From: Nitrosopumilus sp.
GTDB lineage: Archaea; Thermoproteota; Nitrososphaeria; Nitrososphaerales; Nitrosopumilaceae
DNA length: 64,000 nt
Reading direction: 5' to 3'
Assembly: GCA_965205425.1 (NCBI GenBank)
Contig: CBDBGZ010000005.1
Coordinates: 1-64,000, forward strand
Every line of letters begins with the position of its first letter. Position 1 is the stretch's first letter. The notes beneath the pieces were generated by a model. That model worked only from the letters and a program-made list of their open reading frames with translations. It was not told the DNA's origin and searched no databases. Of this stretch, positions 9,273 through 19,577 are shown in pieces. The translations under genes and the position numbers were made by a program.

Positions 9273-9974
9273 TTGACTAAAATTCCTAAAATCAAAATTA
9301 CAATTCCTTTAATGGTTCTAACAAGTATTTTTACAATTAGTTTGCTTTCTTACTATCCATCTGATGTTGGTGCTGAATATGGTGAATTTTCTATTCCAGA
9401 AATTTCAGGAACTATTACTATTGCTGAAACATCTGATGATTATTCTGATGATGCAAAAATTGTACTCAGTGTGGCAATGGCAGTTGCAGAAGATTCTGTT
9501 GAAAATGGAAAAGCAATGTGGGGAAAACTTGATGTTACTCAAGGATTTCTAGTTTACAAGATTGGGGTTTTGGCAAATGATGATATTTTTCATAAAGTTA
9601 TAGTTGATGCTGGAAATGGAGAAGCATTGTATGTTTCAGAAGGAGTTTCAAAAGATAACTGGAAACATTCCAAACACTCTGATAATAAATCTCATAAAAA
9701 ATGGAAAGATCATTATGCTGATTTAACTCCTCAAGAAAGAGAAATTAAAAAACAACAATGGAGTGAAGTAAAAGATGCTTTCTTTGCATTATCTATTGAT
9801 GAGAGAGCAAAGATGATAATGCATTTCATGTCTATGAAAATCCAATTTGAATCAATGTCTGATCAAGAAAGAGCTGATAAAAAATTACAAATGAAATCAA
9901 TGATGAATGAATTATTACCTCTATCTGTTGAAGAAAAAACTCTAAAACTACGTGAATTTGTAAATTCACTTTAA
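9273..9974 (+). CDS. PepSY-like domain exported protein
   Basis: Signal peptide; LVYKI...VIVDAGNGEAL. Confidence 0.7.
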   Translation: MTKIPKIKITIPLMVLTSIFTISLLSYYPSDVGAEYGEFSIPEISGTITIAETSDDYSDDAKIVLSVAMAVAEDSVENGKAMWGKLDVTQGFLVYKIGVLANDDIFHKVIVDAGNGEALYVSEGVSKDNWKHSKHSDNKSHKKWKDHYADLTPQEREIKKQQWSEVKDAFFALSIDERAKMIMHFMSMKIQFESMSDQERADKKLQMKSMMNELLPLSVEEKTLKLREFVNSL

Positions 9975-10170
9975 TTTCCCATAATCTATACTCAATAACA
10001 AAAATTCGTCACCCTATTCTGAACTCGATTTACGTACATTGTAGATTCAAGTTTAAATTTCAGGAATTAGTATAATTTGGAGGATTTTGGGTCATGAATA
10101 TTTGTTAGACAGTATAAGTCCATCTTTATCCCCAAAATGGTGACTGAATCCCCGTGGGCTCATTTTTGTA

Positions 10171-10299
10171 TAGCGAAAAGATAAAGTTCGTGAACCAAAT
10201 TTCAAAAAACTAGAAATCAGTTGATCTCACCTATAGGCAAATACGAATAAACAAATTGAAACACCTAAAAAATAACTCATGAACTTTGTCTTTTCGCTA
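10171..10299. mobile_element. 129-bp MITE with IS630-A ends
   Basis: TIR TAGCGAAAAGA(T/C)AAAGTTC, TA duplication, no ORF. Confidence 0.9.
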
Positions 10300-10383
10300 T
10301 ACTCAAAAAAAGTGGCTGAATCCCAATGGATTCCATTTTAGCCTCAAAAATAGCAAGATATTGATTTTCAATTAAAAATTAGT

Positions 10384-11190
10384 TTATTCCAATAAATTTA
10401 TGATTGTAATTTCTGGTGGATTAAAAAATCTTGGTGCGGGAGTTAGACCACATGTTGTATAGACATCAGCATCATTTACAATGTAATGTTTGTAATCATA
10501 ATCTCCTTCAAATCCTATAATTTTTGGTATAGATCCGACATATGGAAGTCTGACTTGTCCACAATGAGTATGTCCAAACAAGTACACATCTGCTGTTTCT
10601 TTACTAATTTCTAAATTATTTTGATTATGTGTAAATAAAATTTTAAATTCATCTGAAGTGTTTTCAAAAGCTTTGTCTAAATCTCTTAAACCTGCCCAGT
10701 AAGAATCAAGACCAATTATTACAACATCATTAATTACAACATTTTCATTTCTAAGAATTTCTATTGGACCATTGGATTCAAGATATTCTATTACTGTTTC
10801 TGCTGTGAGAAAATTGGCATTATTAAGATTAAGAGAATATACATTATAATCATGATTTCCTAAAACCCCGTATACTCCACTTTTTGTTTCTAAACTTCCT
10901 AATGGATCTAGCGAAGGTAATTCATCTATACCTTTATCAATAAAATCCCCTGCAATAATTACTGCATCAAGATCTTGTGCATTTAGTATGTTTACAACAC
11001 GTTGAACAAATGCAGGATCAGAATTTTGTCTTTGAAAATCAGAAATAAAACCAATCTTCATTTTAGTTCCAGTATCTAAAATATCTATCTCATTAACTTC
11101 AATCATGTTAGGTTCAATTACAAATGCATCTAATCCTGATATTACAATAATTCCAACAAATACGCTGACAAAAATTCTCTTTTTCGTCAA
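10384..11190 (-). CDS. Metallophosphoesterase (YkuE-like)
   Basis: ISD, AGDFID, LGNHD, THN, GHTHCGQ. Confidence 0.9.
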   Translation of the reverse strand: MTKKRIFVSVFVGIIVISGLDAFVIEPNMIEVNEIDILDTGTKMKIGFISDFQRQNSDPAFVQRVVNILNAQDLDAVIIAGDFIDKGIDELPSLDPLGSLETKSGVYGVLGNHDYNVYSLNLNNANFLTAETVIEYLESNGPIEILRNENVVINDVVIIGLDSYWAGLRDLDKAFENTSDEFKILFTHNQNNLEISKETADVYLFGHTHCGQVRLPYVGSIPKIIGFEGDYDYKHYIVNDADVYTTCGLTPAPRFFNPPEITIINLLE

Positions 11191-11710
11191 GGAATTTCTT
11201 CTAATTTTGTTGTTTAAAATGCATTTCTATAGCGAGAAGCATAGGTTCGTGAGTTATTTTTTAGGTGTTTCAATTTGTTTATTCTAGTTAAGGCATTAAA
11301 TATTTGAATATTTTAACAACTCGAACGTCTCCATTATCTAGTCTCTTCTGCATGTGTTTTCTCATCTCAGTTCCATTTGCAAAGAATGTATTGGCATTAC
11401 CATTTTTCTCTTCTCTCCACTGTACCTCAATTGGATTGAGTTCTGGGGTGTATGCAGGAAAATATCTTATGATTACATTTCTTTTTGATTTCTTGAGAAA
11501 TTCTTTTACTCTGACACTTTTGTGGTATGATGCATTGTCTGCAAATAATAACAGTTTCTTACCAAATTGTTTCTGCAGTGATTCTAAAAAATCAAGAAAT
11601 GAGTCTGTGTTTGATTTATCATAGAACCTACAAAAAAATACGCCGTCATCCCCCAATGCACCAAATGATTGAAATTTTTCTCGAGTGTAATTAATTGGTG
11701 TGGTAATGTT

Positions 11711-12736
11711 GGGTGTGTCCTAAAAGTAGACAAATATAACAATTTTATTCAATTCTGTAACATATTGATCGCATGGAATCACAACAACTATGCAAAACAA
11801 ATCAAAAAGAGACTGGCAAGTATATGGCACATATCGCAAGGATGAGGAGATTCTATTCTTGGAAAAAGTAAAGAAGACAGTTTGGAGTATGGATACACCA
11901 TGGGAACCAAAGACAGGCGGACGTCCTGCATTTCCAACAAAAGCAAAGATAATGTGTGCAATGCTAAAGGTAAAGTTTGGATTGGATTATCGTTCCATGG
12001 AGTCCCACTTGAGATCAAGGCCGGATCTGTTGGAAATAATGGAGCTCAAAAAAGCACCAAGCAAGACTGTCATTAATGACAGTCTAAAAAGAATTCCAAT
12101 GCCTTATTTGAAAAAGGTAAACGCAAAACTCACAGAACCAATCAAAAAAAAGACATAGCTCCTGACAGTTCAGGATTTGGTACCAAAAGATGTGAGGCTT
12201 GGTTTGACATCAAGACAAACACGCACAAATCCAAGAAATTATATCTAAAACTGCACATCCTAATTGCAATACAGTCCATGGCAATAGTATCTTTTGACAT
12301 TACTAAAGGAACTCGTGGTGATGCACCAATTCTCAAAAAACTAATCAAAGACATTCCAAAGGGAATTGGTGATTTTTGTGCAGATCCTGCATATTTGTCA
12401 CGAGACATTTGCAATATGGTAGCTACTCTGCAAAAGATACCATACATCAAACCAAAGAAGAACACAGTTAGAAATCCCAAAGGCTCTGCATCATGGAAAA
12501 AAATGATAACATTATTCCAGGACAATCAAGATGAATTTGACAGACATTATCACAAGAGGTCACTTGTTGAATCAGTATTTGCAGTACTCAAAAGAATCTT
12601 TGGAAATAGCTTGTCATCAAAAAACAAGTTGGTTCAAAGAAAAGAGTTGGCGTTGCGTGTAATTTGTTACAACATACGAGTTGTTAATTTGATGGGGGTT
12701 ACAAAACATGTTAGAGGATAGTTTTAGGACACACCC
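11711..12736 (+). mobile_element. IS5-family element type 2
   Basis: TIR GGGTGTGTCCTAAAA; 9-bp TSD GGTAATGTT. Confidence 0.95.
11790..12721 (+). CDS. IS5 transposase in two ORFs joined by a probable -1 frameshift
   Basis: A8G at 12144-12152; -1 frame has DSSGF, ADPAY, YHKRSLVESVF. Confidence 0.8.
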
Positions 12737-12783
12737 GGTAATGTTATTGCCTGCAAGATACCATCCGCGCTTTATGTTAGGTG

Positions 12784-13383
12784 CTATCTTGTTTGTTGAC
12801 TCATCCAGACATAGTGTGGTGTATCCCAATTTGGAATATTTTTTGATACTCCTTTTTGCGTTTTTTTAAAACGGGTTTGTTCCTCTTTTGAGGCTGATTT
12901 GTGATGTGTGGGACGTGGTTTTTTTGATGAGAATCCAATTCTGTGCAGCAATTCACGCATTCCTCTTGCAGAGTATAGGGTGTTGTATTTTTTATTCACA
13001 TGTGTAATTACCATTCTTGTACTCCACATGAATTGGTTAAATCCAAACTTTTCTGGACCTGAAATTAGATCATTTCTTAATGATACTAGCTGTTTTTCAT
13101 TTAGAAAACATCTAGAACCAGAATATTTCTTGCGGTGTGATGCAGATATTCCCTCTTCATCCATTCGATTTAGCCAGTAGGACAAAGTTGATGGTATGAC
13201 ATCCAGACTTGCACATATCACAGAATACGGAATATTTTGTTTTCTTAGTATTGCAGCCTTTAATCTTATCTTTGCTTTTGCATTTTTTTCATTCTTGCAT
13301 ACTTTTCTTAAAAAATTAATGCTTGTACCTTTCATGAATTGATTTCCAGAGGAAACCTTGGATTGTCTTGTACTCTTTGACAT
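12784..13383 (-). CDS. IS630-B OrfA (HTH part); OrfB broken by IS5
   Basis: Near-identical to 44685-45284. Confidence 0.85.
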   Translation of the reverse strand: MSKSTRQSKVSSGNQFMKGTSINFLRKVCKNEKNAKAKIRLKAAILRKQNIPYSVICASLDVIPSTLSYWLNRMDEEGISASHRKKYSGSRCFLNEKQLVSLRNDLISGPEKFGFNQFMWSTRMVITHVNKKYNTLYSARGMRELLHRIGFSSKKPRPTHHKSASKEEQTRFKKTQKGVSKNIPNWDTPHYVWMSQQTR

Positions 13384-13435
13384 GGTTTCATGAATTGATT
13401 CTACGATCTAGATCTTTTGGGTTAAAATACTTGAC

Positions 13436-14754
13436 CAGTAGATGGGAAAGTAACTCAATTTAGATCAAAAACTATCAATTATTCAATCAATCTATTCAGA
13501 TAGAAAAAGCTTGATGAAAGTATGTCACTCCATCAAATATGCATTGTACTTCATTTGATACCATGACACACCAAGGCGTGATACTATCTAAAGCATTTGA
13601 GATTATCACTAAAATAATGTACAATATCTTGTTGTTTCCATGCTCTAGTAAAAATAACTCACGGTTCCACAATGCAGATGCACACAATTCTATCATGTCA
13701 TTGTGTTTGGGAAATTCATATTCTGAATCTGGATTAAAGAGACTGGCAATGGAATCCCAGAATCATTCTCCAACTGGTTCATGGTTGAGAAAAATCATAT
13801 CAAAAATATCACAAAAAACAATGCAAATTCAATTACATCGTTCACTGGATAGTACAGTATCAAAATTACAAGAATTGGGAGTATTGGAGCAACCAGTTAC
13901 TGTGGCAATTGACAAACATCTAATCCCAAGATATGACAAATTGCCAAACCATTCTTTAATAAAATCAAAATCAAAAAACAGTACTACTCATTTTGAGAGT
14001 TACTGCACCATGCAGTGCGTTGAAAAAAGAATCAGGGCTCAACTAGGTTGTTATCCTTTGTATGACAACATATCAAATGCCGGTTTTGTGCGTAAATTAC
14101 TCTCTGATGGCATCAATAATGGAATCAAGATTAAACTATTGCTAGTGGATAGGGAGTTTTTCACAGCTGGAACAATTTCAGAAATAAAACAAAAGAATCT
14201 GAAATTTCTAATGCCTGCAAAAAAGAATTCTCGAATCAAAGATGCCATTTTACAATACGTTAATGGAGATAGAAAGTCAATCTCGCCATACACAATAAAA
14301 TCATCATCAGGACATGTAGAATCATTTAATCTAGTTATTCTACCAAACAAAAATGCAAGAAAAAAATCAAATATTATTGATCAGTATGTTGTGTTTGCAA
14401 CAAACGTTTCACCAAAAGAAATATCATATAACATACAAAACATTCCAACTGATTACAAGAAACGTTGGGGAATTGAAACAGGATATGCATGTGTGGGAAG
14501 GTTCAGACCAAAAACCACCAGTTCAAACCAATCCATAAGATTGTTGTATTTTTACTATTCATTGATTTTGTACAATGCATGGATAATTGCTAATTTGATT
14601 ATCTCAGAAGAAACTAATGTACAAAATCACAAACCAATAATATCAATTGAAATTCTCAAATATTTCTTTGTAAAGATAATTATTCATTACTTTAGAAATA
14701 ACAAAAATAATTATTTCCTAGAATGTGTAATTTGATGTACTTTCCCATCTACTG
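13436..14754 (+). mobile_element. ISH3/IS4-like element
   Basis: 17-bp TIR CAGTAGATGGGAAAGTA; CTTGAC duplicated (13430-13435, 14755-14760). Confidence 0.9.
13539..14735 (+). CDS. ISH3-like DDE transposase
   Basis: VAIDKH, LVDREFF, YKKRWGIETGY. Confidence 0.9.
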   Translation: MHCTSFDTMTHQGVILSKAFEIITKIMYNILLFPCSSKNNSRFHNADAHNSIMSLCLGNSYSESGLKRLAMESQNHSPTGSWLRKIISKISQKTMQIQLHRSLDSTVSKLQELGVLEQPVTVAIDKHLIPRYDKLPNHSLIKSKSKNSTTHFESYCTMQCVEKRIRAQLGCYPLYDNISNAGFVRKLLSDGINNGIKIKLLLVDREFFTAGTISEIKQKNLKFLMPAKKNSRIKDAILQYVNGDRKSISPYTIKSSSGHVESFNLVILPNKNARKKSNIIDQYVVFATNVSPKEISYNIQNIPTDYKKRWGIETGYACVGRFRPKTTSSNQSIRLLYFYYSLILYNAWIIANLIISEETNVQNHKPIISIEILKYFFVKIIIHYFRNNKNNYFLECVI

Positions 14755-14947
14755 CTTGACAGTTTATTCAAAATTTATATGCCTAAACTATCGTATTTAC
14801 CTATAGGTGAGATCAACTGATTTCTAGTTTTTTGAAATTATTTAGTTCACGAACTTTTGATCGTCGCTATATGCCTATCTGCGTACTTTTTATCTCCAAT
14901 TTAGTAGATGAATTCCCCTGGAGTTCCATTTTAACTCTAATTTGGGA

Positions 14948-15299
14948 TGGGGGTAAACAAAGTTAGCATTGCTTTTGACATGATAGCATCCATTCGAGTC
15001 TGGGAGATTGTTCTTGGCCTGCCACTTCTTGGGAGATCGTAGAGGCCATCTATCTCAACGACTCGTCCATTTTCTCACCCAGCTTGTGCAGTGGTGTAAT
15101 GTCTTTGCAGTGCACTGTATGTCCTTTCCATCCTTTAGAATCATCAACACTGCAAGCATCCTTACTGCAACCTTGGAGTTTTCTTTTTTGTATGCTGCTT
15201 CAAGTGATTCTAACTTGTTCATCAAATTTTACCACACATAGTGATCAAAAAGTTTTTTGTTTTGGAATAATTTAGTTCACGAACTTTATCTTTTCGCTA
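14948..15299 (-). pseudogene. Truncated IS630-A (left ~350 bp only)
   Basis: Reverse complement of 5462-5817 with small indels. Confidence 0.9.
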
Positions 15300-15852
15300 T
15301 ATTAGGAATTAGTTGTGTAAGTAGTTCAAATAATTCTTCCACATGCTTGAATTTTACCATAGTCTCTACTTGTTCAAATGTATTCTCTCTGATTTGGATA
15401 GTTTTTTTAATTTTTTGCTGTTGCTCTACAAGCCACTTGTTAAAATTCCACAAATGTTGAACATAAAGAGAGCGAACAGTTCCTCTATTTCCAACTTTAA
15501 CATTTTTCATTTTAGAACCTCTGAGCTGTCCGCTCCAATAATTCACAGTTTCCAATTCTTTGAACCATTGAGGAACAGTAGATGCACTAACTTTTTTTCT
15601 AAGAACTTTGATTTGAGTTCCAATTCGAATACTTACTGAGAGTACGGATCTAGCAGAGAGTTCAGTTCTGTCATTTGATGTCATTAAATCAGAATGTTTA
15701 TCATAAAATTGGCTAGGAGAAAAAGTATCTCCAACAACTGTCAATTTTTTTAAAATTTCACGATGTCTTTTTTGCATAGAAACATCGTATTTTTTATCGG
15801 GATCAAAAGCTTCAATTACCTCATACTCTGTTTTTAGGCCACGATTGGACAT
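15300..15852 (-). pseudogene. 5' fragment of an unknown gene, possibly an integrase N-terminus, cut by IS630-A
   Basis: ORF reads into the TIR; TVRSLYVQHLWNFNKWL resembles an integrase core-binding helix. Confidence 0.45.
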
Positions 15853-15907
15853 GATAACATTAAAAGAAGATAAGTGGTTAAAATATCTGACGAATAATGG
15901 TGTGTAA

Positions 15908-16207
15908 ATGAAAGATTACGAGCACGTCGTAATCTGGTTGGATTATTTCAACAAGAATTTAAAAAAATCTAAAGGACGAAGATTAGGATTAGAAAAATGT
16001 GTTTTTGATCCTTCATTAAAAGAATTAACTGATGCGACAAAAGCAAGTGGATTAGAAATTACAGAAACAGATGACAAAGTGAGATTTCCAAAAAGACCGT
16101 TTGTAAGGTCAGGTTACGTAGTGATACCAAAAGGATCCTCCAAGACAAAAATTCTTAACAAAATTTCTGAAAAGTTAGTGGCAAAAAGATCCAAACAGTC
16201 AAAATAA
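15908..16207 (+). CDS. srp19: Signal recognition particle protein SRP19
   Basis: VIWLDYF...KSKGRR...RFPKRP...GYV. Confidence 0.9.
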   Translation: MKDYEHVVIWLDYFNKNLKKSKGRRLGLEKCVFDPSLKELTDATKASGLEITETDDKVRFPKRPFVRSGYVVIPKGSSKTKILNKISEKLVAKRSKQSK

Positions 16208-16281
16208 AATGAATTCTAGCTCTTAGCTAAAGTAAAGTTGACAGAAGTCTATGATAAGAGTATAGTAATTACTAATTCTAA

Positions 16282-16548
16282 TTGCAGGAGGTAGGCGAAA
16301 TAATGCACCTAGCCGGTAGTGGCAGGGTAATCATTCAACTATCAACAGAATTAGTTGAAGGACAAATACTCTGTGACGAAAAGGGAACTAGAGTTGCAAA
16401 AGTAAATGAACTGATAGGTCCAGTAAAAAGACCGTTTGCATCAGCAACGCCATTAACAAACAATATTAAAAAATACATTGGCAAAAATGTTTTCGCATCT
16501 CAAGAATCTCCTGCTAACAAACCAAAAAAATTTAGGAGAAAAAAATAA
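16282..16548 (+). CDS. gar1: H/ACA RNP component Gar1/Naf1
   Basis: KVNELIGPVKRPF; lies between srp19 and tfb. Confidence 0.85.
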   Translation: MQEVGEIMHLAGSGRVIIQLSTELVEGQILCDEKGTRVAKVNELIGPVKRPFASATPLTNNIKKYIGKNVFASQESPANKPKKFRRKK

Positions 16549-17501
16549 TGAACATACTAGAAAAACAAAACTGTCCTGAATGTAAATCTACATTAGTAGA
16601 TGACATGCAGAATGGTGAAATCATCTGTTCTGGTTGCGGCGTAGTAGTCGATGATCAGATTGCAGATTTTGGTCCAGAAACAATAAGCTCAAACTTCGAA
16701 GACAAGATGAAGCTTGCAAGAGCAACCGGACAAACAACATATTCTCAACATGATTTGGGAATAACTACTGAGATTTCAATCAGTGCAAAAGACTTTAGTG
16801 GAAAAACAATCAACCACGATGTCGCAAATCAAATGCACAATCTCAGGAAATGGCAACAAAGAGTAAGAGTTTCCTCACCAAGAGAGAGAAGACTTGCAAA
16901 TGTTTTAACAAAAATGGGTGAAACATGCGACGGTCTAAATCTTTCAAAGAATGTGTTGGAAACTGCATCTATGATATACAGAAACTTGGATGGACATGTT
17001 GATGTGAAAGGAAAATCAGTAGTTAGCATTACAGCAGCTACAATTTACATGGCATGCAAACAATGTGATGTAGTAAGATCATTAGAAGAAATTTGCCGAG
17101 GAATTTGTCCAGCAAAAGATGTTAAATCAAAAACAAAACTTGCAGCTAGATACTATCGAACCATGGTAATGGAAATGGGACAATTACATGCCCCAGTTGT
17201 AACCATGGACAAATACATCTCAAAGATAGCAAACATGACACAGACTGAGGTCAGGGTTGAAAGACTAGCCTTGGAAATTGCTGAAAAAACCAAAGACAGC
17301 AGTATTGCTGATGGAAAGGCTCCAAACGGAATTGCCGCAGCATATCTGTATGTAGCATCTGTCCTACTTGGTCAAAATGTCCTACAAAGAGACGTTTCAA
17401 GTATTGCAGGAGTCACAGAAGTCACTATCAGAAATAGATGTAAAGAAATTCTAACATGCTACAAACTCAAAATTACTTTGAGACCATCTCTGGCCAACTA
17501 A
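16548..17501 (+). CDS. tfb: Transcription initiation factor IIB
   Basis: CPEC...CSGCG ribbon, LRKWQ, GKAPNGIAAA, VTEVTIRNR. Confidence 0.97.
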   Translation: MNILEKQNCPECKSTLVDDMQNGEIICSGCGVVVDDQIADFGPETISSNFEDKMKLARATGQTTYSQHDLGITTEISISAKDFSGKTINHDVANQMHNLRKWQQRVRVSSPRERRLANVLTKMGETCDGLNLSKNVLETASMIYRNLDGHVDVKGKSVVSITAATIYMACKQCDVVRSLEEICRGICPAKDVKSKTKLAARYYRTMVMEMGQLHAPVVTMDKYISKIANMTQTEVRVERLALEIAEKTKDSSIADGKAPNGIAAAYLYVASVLLGQNVLQRDVSSIAGVTEVTIRNRCKEILTCYKLKITLRPSLAN

Positions 17502-17546
17502 TTACACCCCCCCCCCCTCTTTTCATTTTATTATCTACCATTACGA

Positions 17547-17560
17547 TTAGGATTAGCTAA
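17547..17560. promoter_or_regulatory. TTAG-N6-CTAA putative DtxR-family operator upstream of sufC
   Basis: TTAGGATTAGCTAA; same pattern upstream of sufB and of ORF 60926. Confidence 0.5.
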
Positions 17561-17601
17561 ATTTCGTCGGTATTATATAGAGAATCAAAATAAATTGCAA
17601 T

Positions 17602-18372
17602 ATGGCAGTATTAGAAATCAAAGATCTTCACGTAGCAAGAGAAGGTAAAGAGATTCTCAAAGGTGTTAATTTGAAAACAGGGCCTGGGGAAGTACATGCC
17701 ATCATGGGACCTAACGGTTCAGGAAAAAGTACACTAGCTTACACATTACTTGCACACCCAAAATACGAAGTCACAAAAGGAGACATTTTGTTAGATGGTG
17801 AAAGCATTTTAGAATTAACAGCTGATGAAAGAGCAAAGAAAGGATTATTCTTAGGATTCCAATACCCAACGGAAGTTTCAGGAGTAGGTTTTTCTCATTT
17901 TTTAAGAACAGCATACAATTCTCTTAGTAAAGCACTTGAAGGTGATAACAGAGAAGTATTCATTACAGTTAGAGAGTTTCAAAAATATCTTAAAGAAAAC
18001 TTGGAAAAAGTTGGATTAAGAGAAGAGTTCCTTTCTAGATATCTTAATGAAGGGTTTTCAGGTGGAGAGAAAAAACGTGCAGAAGTTTTACAGATGGCAG
18101 TTTTAAAACCAAAAATTTCAATTTTAGATGAACCAGATTCAGGATTAGATATTGATGCAGTTCAAGCAGTAGCACAAGCAATCAGTAAAGTCGCAGACAA
18201 AGATGCAACGATAATCATCATCACTCACTATGCAAGAATCTTGAAATTCTTAGATAAATTAGATTTTGTTCACGTATTTGCAAGAGGACAAGTATTGAAA
18301 ACAGGCGATGCGGCACTTGCAGACAAGTTAGAAGCAGAAGGTTATGAGTGGGCTTTAGAGCAATCAGCATAA
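17602..18372 (+). CDS. sufC: Fe-S assembly ATPase SufC
   Basis: GPNGSGKS, NEGFSGGEKKR, LDEPDSGLDID. Confidence 0.97.
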   Translation: MAVLEIKDLHVAREGKEILKGVNLKTGPGEVHAIMGPNGSGKSTLAYTLLAHPKYEVTKGDILLDGESILELTADERAKKGLFLGFQYPTEVSGVGFSHFLRTAYNSLSKALEGDNREVFITVREFQKYLKENLEKVGLREEFLSRYLNEGFSGGEKKRAEVLQMAVLKPKISILDEPDSGLDIDAVQAVAQAISKVADKDATIIIITHYARILKFLDKLDFVHVFARGQVLKTGDAALADKLEAEGYEWALEQSA

Positions 18373-18409
18373 AACTAAAAGAAACAATCACAAGTAATTG
18401 TTAAATAAT

Positions 18410-19552
18410 TGAGACATGGGCATAACTAATTCTAATTTTTGAGTCAATTCTCAAATTATTCAAATAGAAAAAGCTAAGGATCTTATCATGTTTCGTTCAT
18501 TGGAATGTCAAAACAAATGAAAATCCCTGGCAAGATTCTATCGGAATCATTTCTTATTGGCGTGTTACATTTGGTGGGAATGTTGTCTTTGTATGAGGAA
18601 GTATTCAGATCGGGTAGACCATACGTGTATCCAACCATCCAGATGGTGCAACTGTTCATCATAAAGTTGTGGATGAGAATACCAAGCAACAACACATTTC
18701 ATTATTTCCTTTCAATCAAACCTTCCAATGACAAACTGCTCAAGGTTTGCAAATTAACTCAAATTCCAGACAGAAGAACTATTGACAGACGATTTCAATT
18801 TCTACCAATTAGTGACATGATTAGTACCATGGGCAACAAATTCATCTCAGAGGGATTGGTGGAAAATGTTTCAGCATCAGGGGATAGTTCAATGCTAAAA
18901 GCAGATGGTCCAGTATGGCACAAATCAGACATAAGGAACAATCGTCTACCAATCCCAGGAATTGATACTGATGCAAAATGGGGTTTTTCAAAATCAAAGG
19001 GTTGGATATTTGGATACAAACTGCACATGAGTTGCAGTACTGGAAAACTGATAGTTCCATTGTCTGCTGATGTCTCAACTGCAAATGTTTCTGATGGTAA
19101 AATGTATGAAACGTTAGTCAAACCACTTGCAGGACTGGTTGAAAATATTTTATGTGATCCAGCATATGATGATAAATCATTATATCAGTTTAGTGATGAG
19201 AGACATTTGAGATTGATTTGTTCTATCAAAATATATCCATCAACACCGCCAGAGCGAATCAAACTTGCAGATTTTTATAATTCTGTACAAGGTCAAGAGT
19301 TGTACTCACAAAGAAAAGTCTCAATTGAACCTTTATTTGAAATATTCAAAGATACGTTCAACATTAGAACTGTACATGTGAAAGGATTTGACAACGTGAA
19401 ATCATTTGTATTGGTTTGTGTGTTGGTGTATCAACTTGTAGTATATTACAACTGTATAATTGGAGCAGAAAATCCAAGAACTGTAAAGAGAATGCTTTGC
19501 TGTTAGGAAATGACTGAGAGTTATTTTTGTAAATAATTATGCCCAAGTCTCA
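18410..19552 (+). mobile_element. DDE insertion sequence (IS982/IS4-like, family uncertain)
   Basis: TIR TGAGAC(A/T)TGGGCATAA; no TSD seen. Confidence 0.8.
18505..19506 (+). CDS. DDE transposase
   Basis: IPDRRTIDRR, DSS, FGYKLH, DPAYD, RKVSIEPLF. Confidence 0.9.
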   Translation: MSKQMKIPGKILSESFLIGVLHLVGMLSLYEEVFRSGRPYVYPTIQMVQLFIIKLWMRIPSNNTFHYFLSIKPSNDKLLKVCKLTQIPDRRTIDRRFQFLPISDMISTMGNKFISEGLVENVSASGDSSMLKADGPVWHKSDIRNNRLPIPGIDTDAKWGFSKSKGWIFGYKLHMSCSTGKLIVPLSADVSTANVSDGKMYETLVKPLAGLVENILCDPAYDDKSLYQFSDERHLRLICSIKIYPSTPPERIKLADFYNSVQGQELYSQRKVSIEPLFEIFKDTFNIRTVHVKGFDNVKSFVLVCVLVYQLVVYYNCIIGAENPRTVKRMLCC

Positions 19553-19577
19553 CCTAATTAATAAAAATTAACGCAGC

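Larger units (their letters stand above)
11285..14790 (-). mobile_element. IS630 type B, interrupted by IS5 and ISH3-like elements
   Basis: Ends TAGTTAAGGCA / TGCCTAAACTA; colinear with the intact copy at 44221-45366. Confidence 0.9.
11230..14869. mobile_element. Second MITE copy (inverted), split by IS630-B
   Basis: 11230-11284 plus 14791-14869 closely match the reverse complement of 10171-10299. Confidence 0.85.

Noticed and set aside
17507..17517. C11 homopolymer after tfb
   Set aside because: Intergenic and next to a T-rich terminator-like tract; no support for phase variation
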